Source of the DNA: Streblomastix strix
Taxonomy: Eukaryota
Length of the DNA stretch: 50,188 bases
NCBI GenBank assembly: GCA_008636045.1
Contig: SNRW01000006.1
Span: 1-50,188 of the forward strand
Direction: 5' to 3'
The notes beneath the pieces are model-generated. The model was not told the origin of the DNA. It was given only the letters and a program-made list of their open reading frames with translations, and did not search any database. Of this stretch, positions 12,686 to 24,771 are shown one piece after another. The position numbers were made by a program, and so were the translations under genes. Each line of letters starts with the position of its first letter. Position 1 is the stretch's first letter.

Positions 12686-13731
12686 TTGTATGTGGAAAAA
12701 AAAGTCAATTTATTACTGTATCATTTTTCTGCATTTTTTATTTTTAATAAATGACATAAGAATTGAAGTTGTTATTAATGCAAATCCCATCAATCAAATC
12801 TCCTAAAGAAATGCGTTAATTTGTAAAAATGAATCATGAATTGTTATCCTATGTAACAGCATTCACTTTAAATAGATATATGACAATACCATAATTTACA
12901 TTCCTTCGAAGACATGGCTAGGTTCATGTATATTGTGACCGTAAACGTAGATCTAGATAACCTGAATTATTGCCTTAAAATATCAATTTATCTGAGCTCA
13001 AACCAATCGTTTCTGCTGGCTTTTCGAAGAAAATTGACGATATAAACAGAGCATAGCTTATCGACAAGCTTGATTTGCAAGCTATAAATTAGTTAAATGA
13101 TTAATCTGATAGTATTAACGAAAATTTTGATTGATTATATATTATTTTTATCTATAATATTTTTAATTTTTGATACATAAAGTATATACGTATTTGAAAT
13201 TATTTGAAAAACTTTTGTAATTTATTTCTTAATATTTTAACACTCAATCCTACAGCACTTTGCTAATTAATATATATATTTATGATGTATGTAGTGATAT
13301 TGACTATACATAGAAGTAATTGATATAATTAGTTTATTAGTCAGTTAAAAATTAATAGTTAAAATTGTTAAATTTTTTCATAAATTTTGAAAATAAGACA
13401 TTTAATTCTTAAATAATTTTGAATATTTTTGAATATTTTTGATTAATTTTTAAATAATAATTCATATCATTATTTGAAGATGAATGTATCTTAGATATAT
13501 GATTAGCATTTATGCTGCCAACAGAGTTGATAGAATTATCCACATCATATACGCATCACATTGATGAATAGTACTCATTTGTTCCATAGGAATTTGCTTA
13601 GAATTGTCCATATCATTTACACATTACACTGATGAATTTCGCTGAGTTGTTATTGTAATTTGGCTTGGAGATTATGGTTACGAATAGCACGGCAGAATTA
13701 ATGCACAATGGTACTGTCCATATTTATTATT

Positions 13732-16292
13732 AAACTATTGCACAAGATAATGAAATACGTTAAATCTCCTCGATAAGTCGAATTACGTTTGCATACACCG
13801 TAACGTCTATCGTTATTCTCAATCTTCGATGGATAGATATTATTTGTAACAATTATTATATTAACTACATTTTCAACTTCATGCTTAGGAATATATTTCT
13901 CATTAGTCACAAATGAACTTTCAGTAATTATTGATTTTAATGCATCCATATTTGACATTCTTGATTAACCAAAATTTTTCATTTCATTCGCAATTGCTAG
14001 CAACTTATTCTCGAAAGTAGTATTGAACTTATCTACAAAGTCATCGATATTATTGATATTTTTAGACGAATATCCTGCTAATAATTAATATAGAACATTA
14101 GTAAAACATTCTTACCATTATCATATATTACTTATAATGCAATAGTTGTTTCAATCTTCTTTCCAACATTCTGCACAATAAAGGCAAATCAATTCAATTA
14201 ATATTCATAATCCAATTCATCATTTGCCGAGATTGTATCTTTCACTAACGCTAGGAACTATTCAACTTTTGTTTAATTCTCTTTATCTAATTGAATATAT
14301 TTAAATCCTTAGAATACTTTTAACATTTCTAAATTATCAATAATGAATTTTATATCTAATTTCTCGAATAATGAATTATACTATTCTAATGCATCAATTA
14401 CAGTTATTTTCTTTTCCCATCTTATCAAAGTTTAATTGAGCATAATTATTCATAAATCACTGATTTAATTTTATAAATTATCATATTTTTTGCAATGAGA
14501 TAATTGTATTTTTTAATGATGTAGCATCATCCATTTTTGCAAGGTATAATTCTTAATATTTTCAATAAATCTTATGCAAGGAACTTTAATTTATTCTAAT
14601 ATTATCCATTTAATTCTTTGTTTGATACATCCGTTAATGTGAAAGGATCTATCAGTTCAAGCCTATTCTTCTCAATTGATTTCACAACTGCTCCAATTAT
14701 CTATTATTATTTTTGATTTATATGTCTTAATGATCAAATGTTTAAGTGTGGATTCATAGAAATCATTATTATGTAATTTAATGTTTTTCGTTGATATTCA
14801 TGCATTAGCTTTATTGTAATAACGTCCTTTTCTTTCGCTCCAATGTTCACCTGCTTTAGCTGCTAAATTATTATTTGAATAAAAAGTTGGATAAGCTAAT
14901 TCTTTGTAATTTGCATCTCCTGCTTGTTCTAAACAATTAAGTCCCAAGAAAAAAGATAGTAAGCTAATTTCACGCTCTAATGTGTTTGCATCACTGTGAA
15001 TCGTTAATCATTTTAACCTTTAAATACGTACATCGGCAATTTCAATAGACATTACATCAAGAGTGCAATCTTTATTAGTTATACTAAATTCCTTATCTTT
15101 AACTGTTAATTCAAGGTTTCATTTACAAAGAATATCATATAATGAAGTTGGATGTTTTGAAATAAACCAATCAATAAGTTTCCAATAATGAAGTGTCTCT
15201 TTCTTTTGAACTTTTTTATCCATGATTCTCACGTTGCTATTAGGTAGAACAACTCTATTTTCATCTAATTTACCATTTTTATGTGTGTACATTTATGCAA
15301 ATATATCAATCTCTAAGTGATCTCCATATGTTACTACTTTTTCATTTTTGTTTGAAGAAAATATGTATCCATTTCTGTTACAATATGCATGTATTCCACC
15401 AATTGCAGTTTATACTAATCCAACATTTGATGGAAGCATATTATTGATTAAATTTTAATGAATTTTCTTTTTCTCTTCTTCGTTTAATTTACCAGCATGA
15501 TCATTATCAAAATCAATAATACATAAATCTTTATATCCGCATAAACATAAATCAATTGCATGTCCAATTAAAAGGTTATTTTTCAGTTTATCATCAGCAA
15601 ATTTCCAATATTCATATAAATCAACAACTTCTTCTTCAATTCTTTCTTTAATTTTTTTAAGAATTATTCTTACTCGCGAGCTGCATCAAATGTATCACTA
15701 ATTATCTTGCCGAATTATTCATATTTACTCATTAGATTTTCACGATCTTCTTACATCAATTTCAAACAAGCTATTTTAACTGCAATTCTTTTCCTATCTT
15801 CTTCCGTAGCTTGTTTTTTGATGATTTCATTAGCTTTTCTATCAAATTCTTCTTTCATTTTCTACTTTGATTCTGATTCATATTCTTATCTCTATAATTT
15901 TTCTAATCTATTTGCTTCTTATTATTTCGCAGCTCTTGATTCCGAATCTCCTTCAGAATTACATAGTTCATCAATAATTTTCTCAGGTCTATCTTTATTT
16001 GTTCAATTATAAGTTCATTAGTGATTTCATTAATAGGTGATGTGTCTACAACTGCATTATCGATTTCACTTATCCATTCATTAGATTTTTCATTATCTTT
16101 TTCATTATCTTTGTTAATCATTTATTCCATCAATGCTTTAGCTTTCTCATTCATTTTTGATTTAAGATTATGTGATCTCTTTGCTCCTTTCGCAATTGTT
16201 AAATGTTTATCGTTTATTGACTAGTTCAAGATTGATTCAAAGAATTTACTATCTTTAATTTCATTTTCCAGTTATATCATTTTGGTTTACAT
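13732..16292 (-). pseudogene. Prim-Pol (AEP) primase fused to SF3/D5-like helicase, N-terminal part, decayed
   Basis: Coiled-coil N-terminus, then AEP motifs LCIIDFDND, VQTAIGGIHAY, EIDIF and RVVLPNS. The helicase has a degenerate Walker A (..NGKN.. at ~14110), Walker B LAIANEM, motif C NIIIVTNN and DRRY. Several frameshifts. Confidence 0.82.
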
Positions 16293-18588
16293 TTAAAATG
16301 AAAGGTTAATTGATAAAAATAAATTTATTTATATTAATCAATTCATTAATCACTTCACTAAATTCAAAAATTGCCATCTGTCCTACTATCCGACATCTTT
16401 TAGGCTAACCGCATGACTCAATGCACCCAACCCACCCAAAGTACTGGATTATTTGAATCAATTTCTTCATAACTGGTGATTATAGTTTCAAATCTACTCG
16501 AACCACTTTAGACACATAAAGAATTATCCACATTTGCATATATCTCTGGCACATTAAAATTGACGTGAACGTCAATCATTTCATTATATAAGTTATCAAT
16601 CATGTCATCAGTTTTATCGAAAAACACACTTAGACCATCGACCAGCTATTCAAAGACACTTATTCAGTTTCCTTAGTAAAACTTAATTTGCCACCTCCAA
16701 TTACCACCTAGACCTCTTTATGGGAGTTTATGTGTAAGCGTGACAGTATAACAGCGTGACAAATAATTGATCTATAAATTTTTCATCATTTACCCACTCC
16801 TATTATATATGCTTATTAGTGTCTCAATCAGCAGATGATAGGTTAGATTGCAAAAATAAGTTTATTATCAACTTCCATCATTAATCACTTTGTTAATTTC
16901 AAGCGCTAATCACGATTGTAACAAACATATGTTTGTTCTATGAGTAATTTGTTAAAAATTGCACTGTCTAAATGATGAAAATGACATCGTTTTGAACTAA
17001 GACCAATCACAAGATTGATTATTATAATTTTTGTTATTTATTGTTGATCCCATTGCTCAATCATATTGTTTAAAAATTCATCTTCAACAACTGTTTGCAC
17101 TTATCTATTCATTTATTTATATCATTAATCTCCACATCCTAACTAATTATTTTGTCCATTCAAATTATCTCTTAAATCTAATATCAAACAATAACATACA
17201 ACATTCAAGAATCCCTACAATTCATGCCACAAATTCCATAACTGCTGAACATCAATATTGGCGTATTTGTAGCTTAGGCAAATGAGGTTATTTTCTATGT
17301 TAGGGCAGAGCTCTTTTTAACTAGCTTTTTATAAGAATTATTAAAAATGCCATTATGACTTAAAAAATAATTGAATAATTAAATATAATTATTAATAAAT
17401 ACTTTTTTAAAAACATTTTTAAAATCATTTAGTGTTCATATACCAATTTTTACGTTAGCGCTAACAGTTTGTAGAAGGTGAAAGAATCAATTCGCACATC
17501 GCAATTAAAAAGAGATAAGTTAAATTAATGTAATTATACAAATAAATAGTCCAATTAACCGGAGTCTAATAACAAAGATTCGAATGATATGATAAGAAAA
17601 TGTAATTCATTAATAAACCTCAAAAATATTTTTCACAAATAAGAACAAAATATGAAACAATCGATTCATATCAGCAACATTGCAAAAAAATTTAAAAATT
17701 TAAAATTCATTTTATATTAAATTAAACATTATTTTTAAATTCTTCAATTTTTCCAAAATATTTAATTTTTCATAATTTCTATTTACATTAATTTCGAATT
17801 ATTCGGAGCAATTAGTACACATTTTTGAGCTACACGAGTATAAGCTATTATCAAAATTTCCGAAGTGGATAAATGAATGAAAAAACAGCTAAAAATATAT
17901 TAATAGATACAATTATTTTTTTTATTGTTAGTAATTAATTAATTCTTTCCCTTACAATTTTTCGTAACGTTTAGTTTTTAGATGATTTGAAACGTGTATG
18001 GTTAAATGAATATAATCCTGGTAATAAGAAAACACTCATAAATTAAATGTGTCCTCCAGAGAAACCTGATAAAATATATTTAATGACTGATAGATCAAAA
18101 TTAATAGTCGATAATATATATAAATTATTTCAAAAATATTAACTTTCTCAAAATATCCATAAAATGTTCAATCTAAATTATTATTCACTATTTTTCTATC
18201 AAAAAATGCTCTAATAAGTAAAATTTAATAACAATTGAGCAAATCTAGTGTCGATTTATAAATTAAAAATAATTTTGTTTGAAAATTTTTAAAATTGAAA
18301 AAAAAATAAGATATCTATACTATTTGATGTAATTAATATGAAAAACAATAATTATTAATTATAAAATAAATAAATTTATAATTATTAATCATTTAAAGAT
18401 TATCAATTTTCATAAATATTTAAAATTTGGAACAATATTTTCACGCAGCTCACTATATTATTTGTAATTTTGCTAAGGATTTATCATTGTATTTATATTT
18501 TTTAACTATATTTTATTATTTAACAAACATTTCTTTTATCCATCTGCCTATTTTATTTTTCTTTCTTTCTTCATAACTTATCTCTAAA

Positions 18589-21174
18589 ATGTAGATGAGT
18601 TCTTTGAAAAAATCCAAATTTTAAGAGTTTGATCTGTCTGTTGAAGGTCAATTGAATTTGAACAAACGCGGAATTGATTCATTTGCAATTTTTTCAGACA
18701 AAATTGATGTATCAAAAATACTGTCACTTCTCCTTTGTATGACATTCTTTTTATATTATTCTAATTTATAATTTATTTTAGAGAGCAATCCTATAATAAA
18801 TTTTGAATTCTTCCCTGTATTCCCTAACCTCATTGAGCTATTCCTCCAAGGATCACAAATTACGTCCTTTAAGGGATTATAGAAATAGCCAAAACTCAGA
18901 AAAGTATATATTTCAAGGACTCCTATTTCAAAAAACAAACATTCAAGGCTAATGAGTTTGCTTATGTTATTTACTTTATTTTTTATTCTGATTTTAATAT
19001 TATTTCATTATAAGCCTTGATATCATTTGGTTCAATGTTGCAGGTTATTGATGAAGACAAACTAACAAACAAAGAAAAAGTTGATGCATCATTCTATGGA
19101 CCAATGTTATAAAACTTACTTTTTGAAGGGTTTTTGATTGGAGATTTACCAGATACAGTCCCAAAATATTGTAAGACACTAATTAGAAATAGCAATTTAG
19201 AAGGAGGTATTTATTTTACTATAAATTTTATTATTCTTATTTATTATTTTTAATGTTATTATGTTATTGTGTTAGATGTTGCAGGAATTGTAGATATTGT
19301 TGAATGTAGTCCAGAAGAAAGTATTATTATTCCAACTTAATCTACAAAAAGATAAAGTTCTATGACAGGAAAACTATCATCAAGTTTATTAATTTAATTA
19401 ATTATTTTAGTTTTTTTAATTAATTTTCCAATTTTTTATTAATTATTTGATAGGGCCTTAATCACCATCTGAATTATAATCATCTTCACGTAGAAATTCT
19501 TAATCAAGTATTAGTTCGGCTTCATCAATATAAAACAAACCTAAATTAAATGATTAAAGACAATAAAATTAATAGTCAGAGTCTAAGAATGATAAAATTA
19601 TTAAAATTCCATCTAAAGTAACCAAACCTTTGGCAGTAATTCCATCTTAAAGACTCTAAATTCAAAATAATTTAGATGGAAAACCTCCAAAAGGATAAAT
19701 TGAAACAAAAAATGAAAATGTAAAAGATTTATAAACAATTAATTCAGAAAAGGCTTTATTATAAGAATAATAAAAGACCAATTTGATATTAGATAAGAAC
19801 TAGAAAAATACACCATCAAAGAATAAATTAGATATTAAAGTAAAGAGAATATATAAGTAAGATAATGCAAATGAAGATGATATCATTTCCAAACCAGAAG
19901 AAAATAAAGTAACATAAAAAGTATCCAAACCAAGATCAGTGACTCCTTCTACATCATAATTAAATAATAAATTAGGAAATAATCCAAAGAATCCAAATAA
20001 GGGTAATGTTGATTCAACTCAAAAATCTGTTCATATTCCTACTCTTCAAATTCAGAATTCAATTCAAGAATAATCGAGATAAATATAAACAATTGAAGAA
20101 ATTCAACCTTCCATCAGTGACCGTTCAAGACTCTCTGCACGTACATATAAGAGGAAAGGTCCTTATCGCGCTCCATTCAGTGCACATATATCAGCTCAAA
20201 CACAACCAATACAACAGAATGATAAGAAAGATTCATCCTCTTAAGAAGGAGTGATAAATAGATCATAAGCAGAATAAGGATTAAATTAGGTTAAAATTAA
20301 CTATACAGACCTCAATAGTGATAAATTAGAAGATTTCTTTTCTAGTATAAGTCATTCCTTAATATTAATGGATGATGCATTCATACGTTCTTCATTCCCA
20401 TTCTCAAAAGGTGCATCTTCAGACTCAAATGATAAAAAATCTTCTTAAAAAGAGAATATTCCATTAAACAATTCAGGATAAAATGAAAATGAATCCAGTT
20501 GTATTCCAGCAATGTTCAGAGTGCGTTATTATCCAGATGATTAGAATGAAGGTGAAGATGAAGTTGGAAGTATAACAAATAGATCAAATTAACAATAAGA
20601 CTCAATTTCATCTAAAAATACAAATAAAACTGATGAATAAGATGCTCCTATTGATCGTAAATCTCTTATTGATTGGGTATCATTTGATAATTCAGGTATT
20701 GCATGTTAATTAAATATATTAAAGAGAACTACTTCGAATGATGATGAAGATGAAGATGAAGATGATAGTGATGATGAAGACGAAGATAAACATGGGGTCC
20801 CTAAGATAAAAGTGTTCAAGAACTCATGGGATAGAGTGAGAAATGTATGATTTATATTAAAAAATATAAGATATTGTGAATATAATTAATCTATTATAAT
20901 TAATCATTAATCTTAAATTATATATTCTTCAGCTACAACTTTCCAGAGATCATAAAAAACGCTTGATCCTAACAGTTGCTAAGGAAAAATATCGTTTGAT
21001 ATCTTATTTGTTCATTTCTATATTTATAATTAACTTAATATGATTTAAATTCATGAAATATATTCAGCAAAAGAAACAATGAATGTCAGTAGATATATTT
21101 TTGATTCAATGACACCTTTGGCAATTCTTCAGTCTTTCCGCAAATGGACGAGCTCTAATACCACACAAGAATGA
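18589..21174 (+). CDS. Multi-exon protein with N-terminal leucine-rich repeats and a long low-complexity region
   Basis: Code-6 reading LNLNKRGIDSF..LSLLLQSNPIINFEFFPVFPNLIELFLQGSQITSFKGLQKQPKLRKVYISRTPI. About six AT-rich GT-AG introns, the first at 18737-18781. Ends TTQE-TGA. Confidence 0.8.
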
Positions 21175-21728
21175 ATAAGAAGAAATGAAAATAGACACAA
21201 TCTATATTCTAATAAATGAATAAAATAACTCTGATAATCTCATTTAAATATTTTTTTGAATAGGTAATTTATTATCATACAGTATCTATTTCTCAACAAT
21301 TTTGAGCTTAAAGTATATCGGAAATTTCACTTTTTAGTAAGCTATATATCATTGAACATTAATAATAAATAATTTTAGTATTTTTTTATCTAAGGAATCA
21401 GCGTATGGGAATCGCAATTGAGTTCGTTTCCACCCTTACGCACTTCCTATCCTCATTGTTTTCTTGCTTATATTATATATATTAACATAACCAATTGATT
21501 TTCAACCGAATTTATCAAAAATACACGAAGAAGACGGAATGAAACACAAATTTCGCATTTATTCTCATAATCGGCCTCACACATATCCAATTACTAATTC
21601 ATATGATTTAATATTAATTAATGAAGAAATATGATAATTAATCATCCTATACAAAATTGAACGAACTATAAACTGCACGTTGAATCTACAATTAACATTT
21701 TTATTTTTGTTTTTGCTTGTAGAATTCA

Positions 21729-22587
21729 ATGGCTTATCCAGGCAGGATATTTCTCAACATTATTAGAGCGAAAGATATTGTGTCATCAGATCTGATAGGG
21801 AAGGTGGATCCTTTCATTAAGATCATCTTCGGGAAAGTGGAAAAGAAGACCAAGGTAAAATAATTTCAATTTTATTATTTGTCTTTAAATTTTTATTCTT
21901 TTAGAAAGTGAAGAATAATGCTAACCCAGAATTTAATGAAGAATTTCTATTCGATTACGCTCCACAGGCAAACATGCATGTTATAAGTCTTGAAGTCTGG
22001 GATTATGACATGATTGGAAGCAATGAGAAGCTTGGATTTGTGCAGATTCCAGTATGTTTACAACATTTTAGTGTATTATAAACATTTTTTTTAGTTTGAG
22101 GAATTTATGAACAATAAACACACAAAGAAATACCCATTTTCTACTAAGAAAGGAAAATTCCAGGGAGAAGTAGAAGTATAGCTCTACTATGAAGCACCAA
22201 CTGCCCCTGCTGGAGCTACTGGAATTGCAGGATCAGCATAAACAACTGCATTCTCAGCATAACCAGGATCTGCGTATCCACCACCTCCAGGACCTTCTAG
22301 TGGATACATACCTCCTCCAGCACCTGGATATGCACCTCCTCCAGCATATGGAGCAGCTCCTGGATACGCACCACCTGCACCTGGATACGCACCACCTGCC
22401 CCAGGATATGCACCTCCACCTGGATATGCACCACCTGCACCTGGATATGGAGCACCTCCTCCTGGGTATATATGAATAATTTTATTTAAATTTTAACTCA
22501 AAATTTTTTAATTTATTTGATTTCTTTAATTAATTTTATATATTTATTATTTAAATACTAAGATATTATCCACCACCGTAATATTGA
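21729..22587 (+). CDS. C2-domain protein with Pro/Gly/Tyr/Ala-rich tail, paralog 1
   Basis: MAYPGRIFLNIIRAKDIVSSDLIGKVDPFIKI..NPEFNEEF..LEVWDYDMIGSNEKLG, with acidic Ca-ligand positions present and PAPGYA repeats. Introns at 21855-21904, 22052-22094 and 22466-22562. Ends GYYPPPQY-TGA. Confidence 0.92.
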
Positions 22588-23280
22588 TCTTCATATGATG
22601 ATATCAACTAGGTAAAAGGGTTGTTGTTGAAGAGCCAAACTCATTTTCAATCAGTTTTTTCTTCTTATTTTCTTCTTATTTTCATCAAACTATTTAATCA
22701 AATTGAAACTAAAAAAGTAAAAAGGTATTAATTAATTGCACAAGTATTGATTAATTGAAACCGTATTAAAATAAATATTGTTTTACAACCCTCTACCTTG
22801 CATTTTCCTGTATTTAACAAAAAGAAAATTTTCATCTATAGTTTTTAGTCATTCTCTAGATATTTTACACCGCGAAGTGCTCAGAATGATACAACATAAT
22901 ATAATAATGTCTAATTACAAACCAGAAAATTCTTAAGACTAAATTACAGTGAATACTAATATTTATTTTAAAAGACGATTTTCTCATTGAGCAACAAATA
23001 ATTATTCATAGATATAAGATTAATATTTTAAATAATTATATTTATGTTATAAAATTTCCAATCTTCTTTTAAACTCACCAAACTCAGTGTAAGGGAATGA
23101 TTAGTTTTATTTTAAAAAAAATAAATAAAATACCTGAATTTATTCATTAAAATGAATGTTTATTAATAAATTATTTTATATCTTATTGTTATCTCTATAT
23201 TTTCCAAATTGAACGAACTGTAAAATGCACGCTGAATCTACAATTAACATTTTTATTTTTATTTCTGTTTGTAGAATTCA

Positions 23281-24197
23281 ATGGCTTATCCAGGCAGGAT
23301 ATTCCTCAACGTCATAAGAGCCACTAATGTTATATCGGCAGATCTGATAGGGAAGGTGGATCCTTTCATTAAGATCATCTTCGGGAAGGTGGAAAAGAAG
23401 ACCAAGGTAAAATAATTTCAATTTTATTATTTGTCTTTAAATTTTTATTCTTTTAGACAGTAAAAAACAACCAAAATCCCATATTCAACGAACGTTTGCC
23501 ACAATATTATGATATTTCCTGTAAATATTAAAATTATTATTTTTCAGAGTTTGTTTTCGACTACGCTCCACAATCAAAAATGCATGTTATAATGCTAGAA
23601 GTCTGGGACTATGATATGATTGGAAGCAATGAGAAGCTTGGATTTGTGCAGATTCCAGTTTGCTTTCATTATTTATTTATATATTGTTAATATACTTCTT
23701 CAGTTTGAGGAATTTCTGAACAACAAGCACACAAAGAAATACCCATTATCAACAATCAAAGGCAAATTTGCAGGAGAGATTGAAGTAGATGTTTTCTATG
23801 AAGCACCAACAGCCCCTGCTGGAGCAGGATAAGCGTTAAGTGCTCCAGGATATGCCCCTCAACCTTCTGCTTCATACAGCGCTATGCCTGATGCTCCTCC
23901 TTAAGGATATGCACCTCCTCCAGCTTATGGAGCACCCCCAGGTTATGGTGCCCCATAAGGATATGCGCCTCCTCCAGCATATGGAGCACCACCTGCTTAT
24001 GGAGCTGCACCTGGATATGCACCACCTGCACCTGGATATGCACCACCTGCACCTGGATATGGAGCACCTCCTCCTGGGTATATATGAATATTTTTTTAAA
24101 TTTTGTCTCAAAATTTTTTAATTTATTTGGTTTCTTTAATTAATTTTATTTATTTATTATTTAAATACTAAGATATTATCCACCACCGTAATATTGA
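23281..24197 (+). CDS. C2-domain protein with Pro/Gly/Tyr/Ala-rich tail, paralog 2 (tandem duplicate)
   Basis: Same architecture as paralog 1. Introns at 23407-23456, 23494-23547 (extra), 23658-23703 and 24078-24172. Confidence 0.92.
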
Positions 24198-24771
24198 TCT
24201 TCATATGATGATATCAACTAGGTAAAAGGGTTGTTGTTGAAGAGCCAAATTCATATTCAATCACTACATCATAATCTTGTCAAATTTTTCTTTATTTAGT
24301 CTAGCTTTAATTAAAAAAAATGAACTTATATATATGAGTTATTAATATGTTATAAATATCAATAAAATATTGCTCTTCATCATACAAAACATTGTAAAAT
24401 TTCTTTTATAGTTTTTAGTTATTCCTAAGTATTTGTACTGAAAATTGAACATTTTAATGCAATTCCATAAAAAATCTTAAAAAATAAAATCTTTAAAACA
24501 TTCGTTACTTTTTTACTATGAACTTCAAATAATTATTTTTTAAATGTAATTTTCTCATTCAATAACTAATAATTTTAAAGTTAAATATTATATTACTAAA
24601 AATTCAAGTAACACCTCTTCGTTATTATTTCAATTATATCATTTAACTGACAAATTAATGTATAAATTGATGTTCAAATAAATTTATTTTTTTGGAAAAA
24701 AATGAATGAAATATCGAAAGATTATAGTTATTTTTATTTTTTATTCAGATTAATCCAAGTGAAATCTCAAG

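Larger units (their letters stand above)
6501..13731. mobile_element. 7.2-kb Polinton-like TIR element encoding only a protein-primed PolB
   Basis: 143-bp imperfect TIRs at 6501-6643 and 13589-13731, both beginning AATAATA. Flanking 6-mers AAGCTA (6495-6500) and AAACTA (13732-13737) match at 5/6. Removing the element rejoins the helicase frame as LCNSFDDDF. Confidence 0.88.
5080..16610. mobile_element. Candidate outer element carrying the primase-helicase gene, bounded by diverged inverted repeats
   Basis: About 5080-5320 resembles the reverse complement of about 16375-16610, with shared blocks TGCmAGAGAT, AGTGGTTCGAGT, GTGCATTGAGT and GGACAG. Exact ends and TSD are not resolved. Confidence 0.5.

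Noticed and set aside
6085..16292. In-frame TGA codons as Trp or Sec readthrough
   Set aside because: They occur together with frameshifts and damaged catalytic motifs, which indicates decay, and intact genes use TGA as the stop.
5080..16610. One canonical Polinton with PolB and helicase as neighbouring genes
   Set aside because: The PolB unit has its own TIRs and TSD and splits the helicase. No integrase, capsid, ATPase or protease was recognised.
22189..24121. His/Leu-rich and Arg/Cys/Trp-rich repetitive ORFs
   Set aside because: They are alternative frames of the PAPGYA repeats in the C2 genes.
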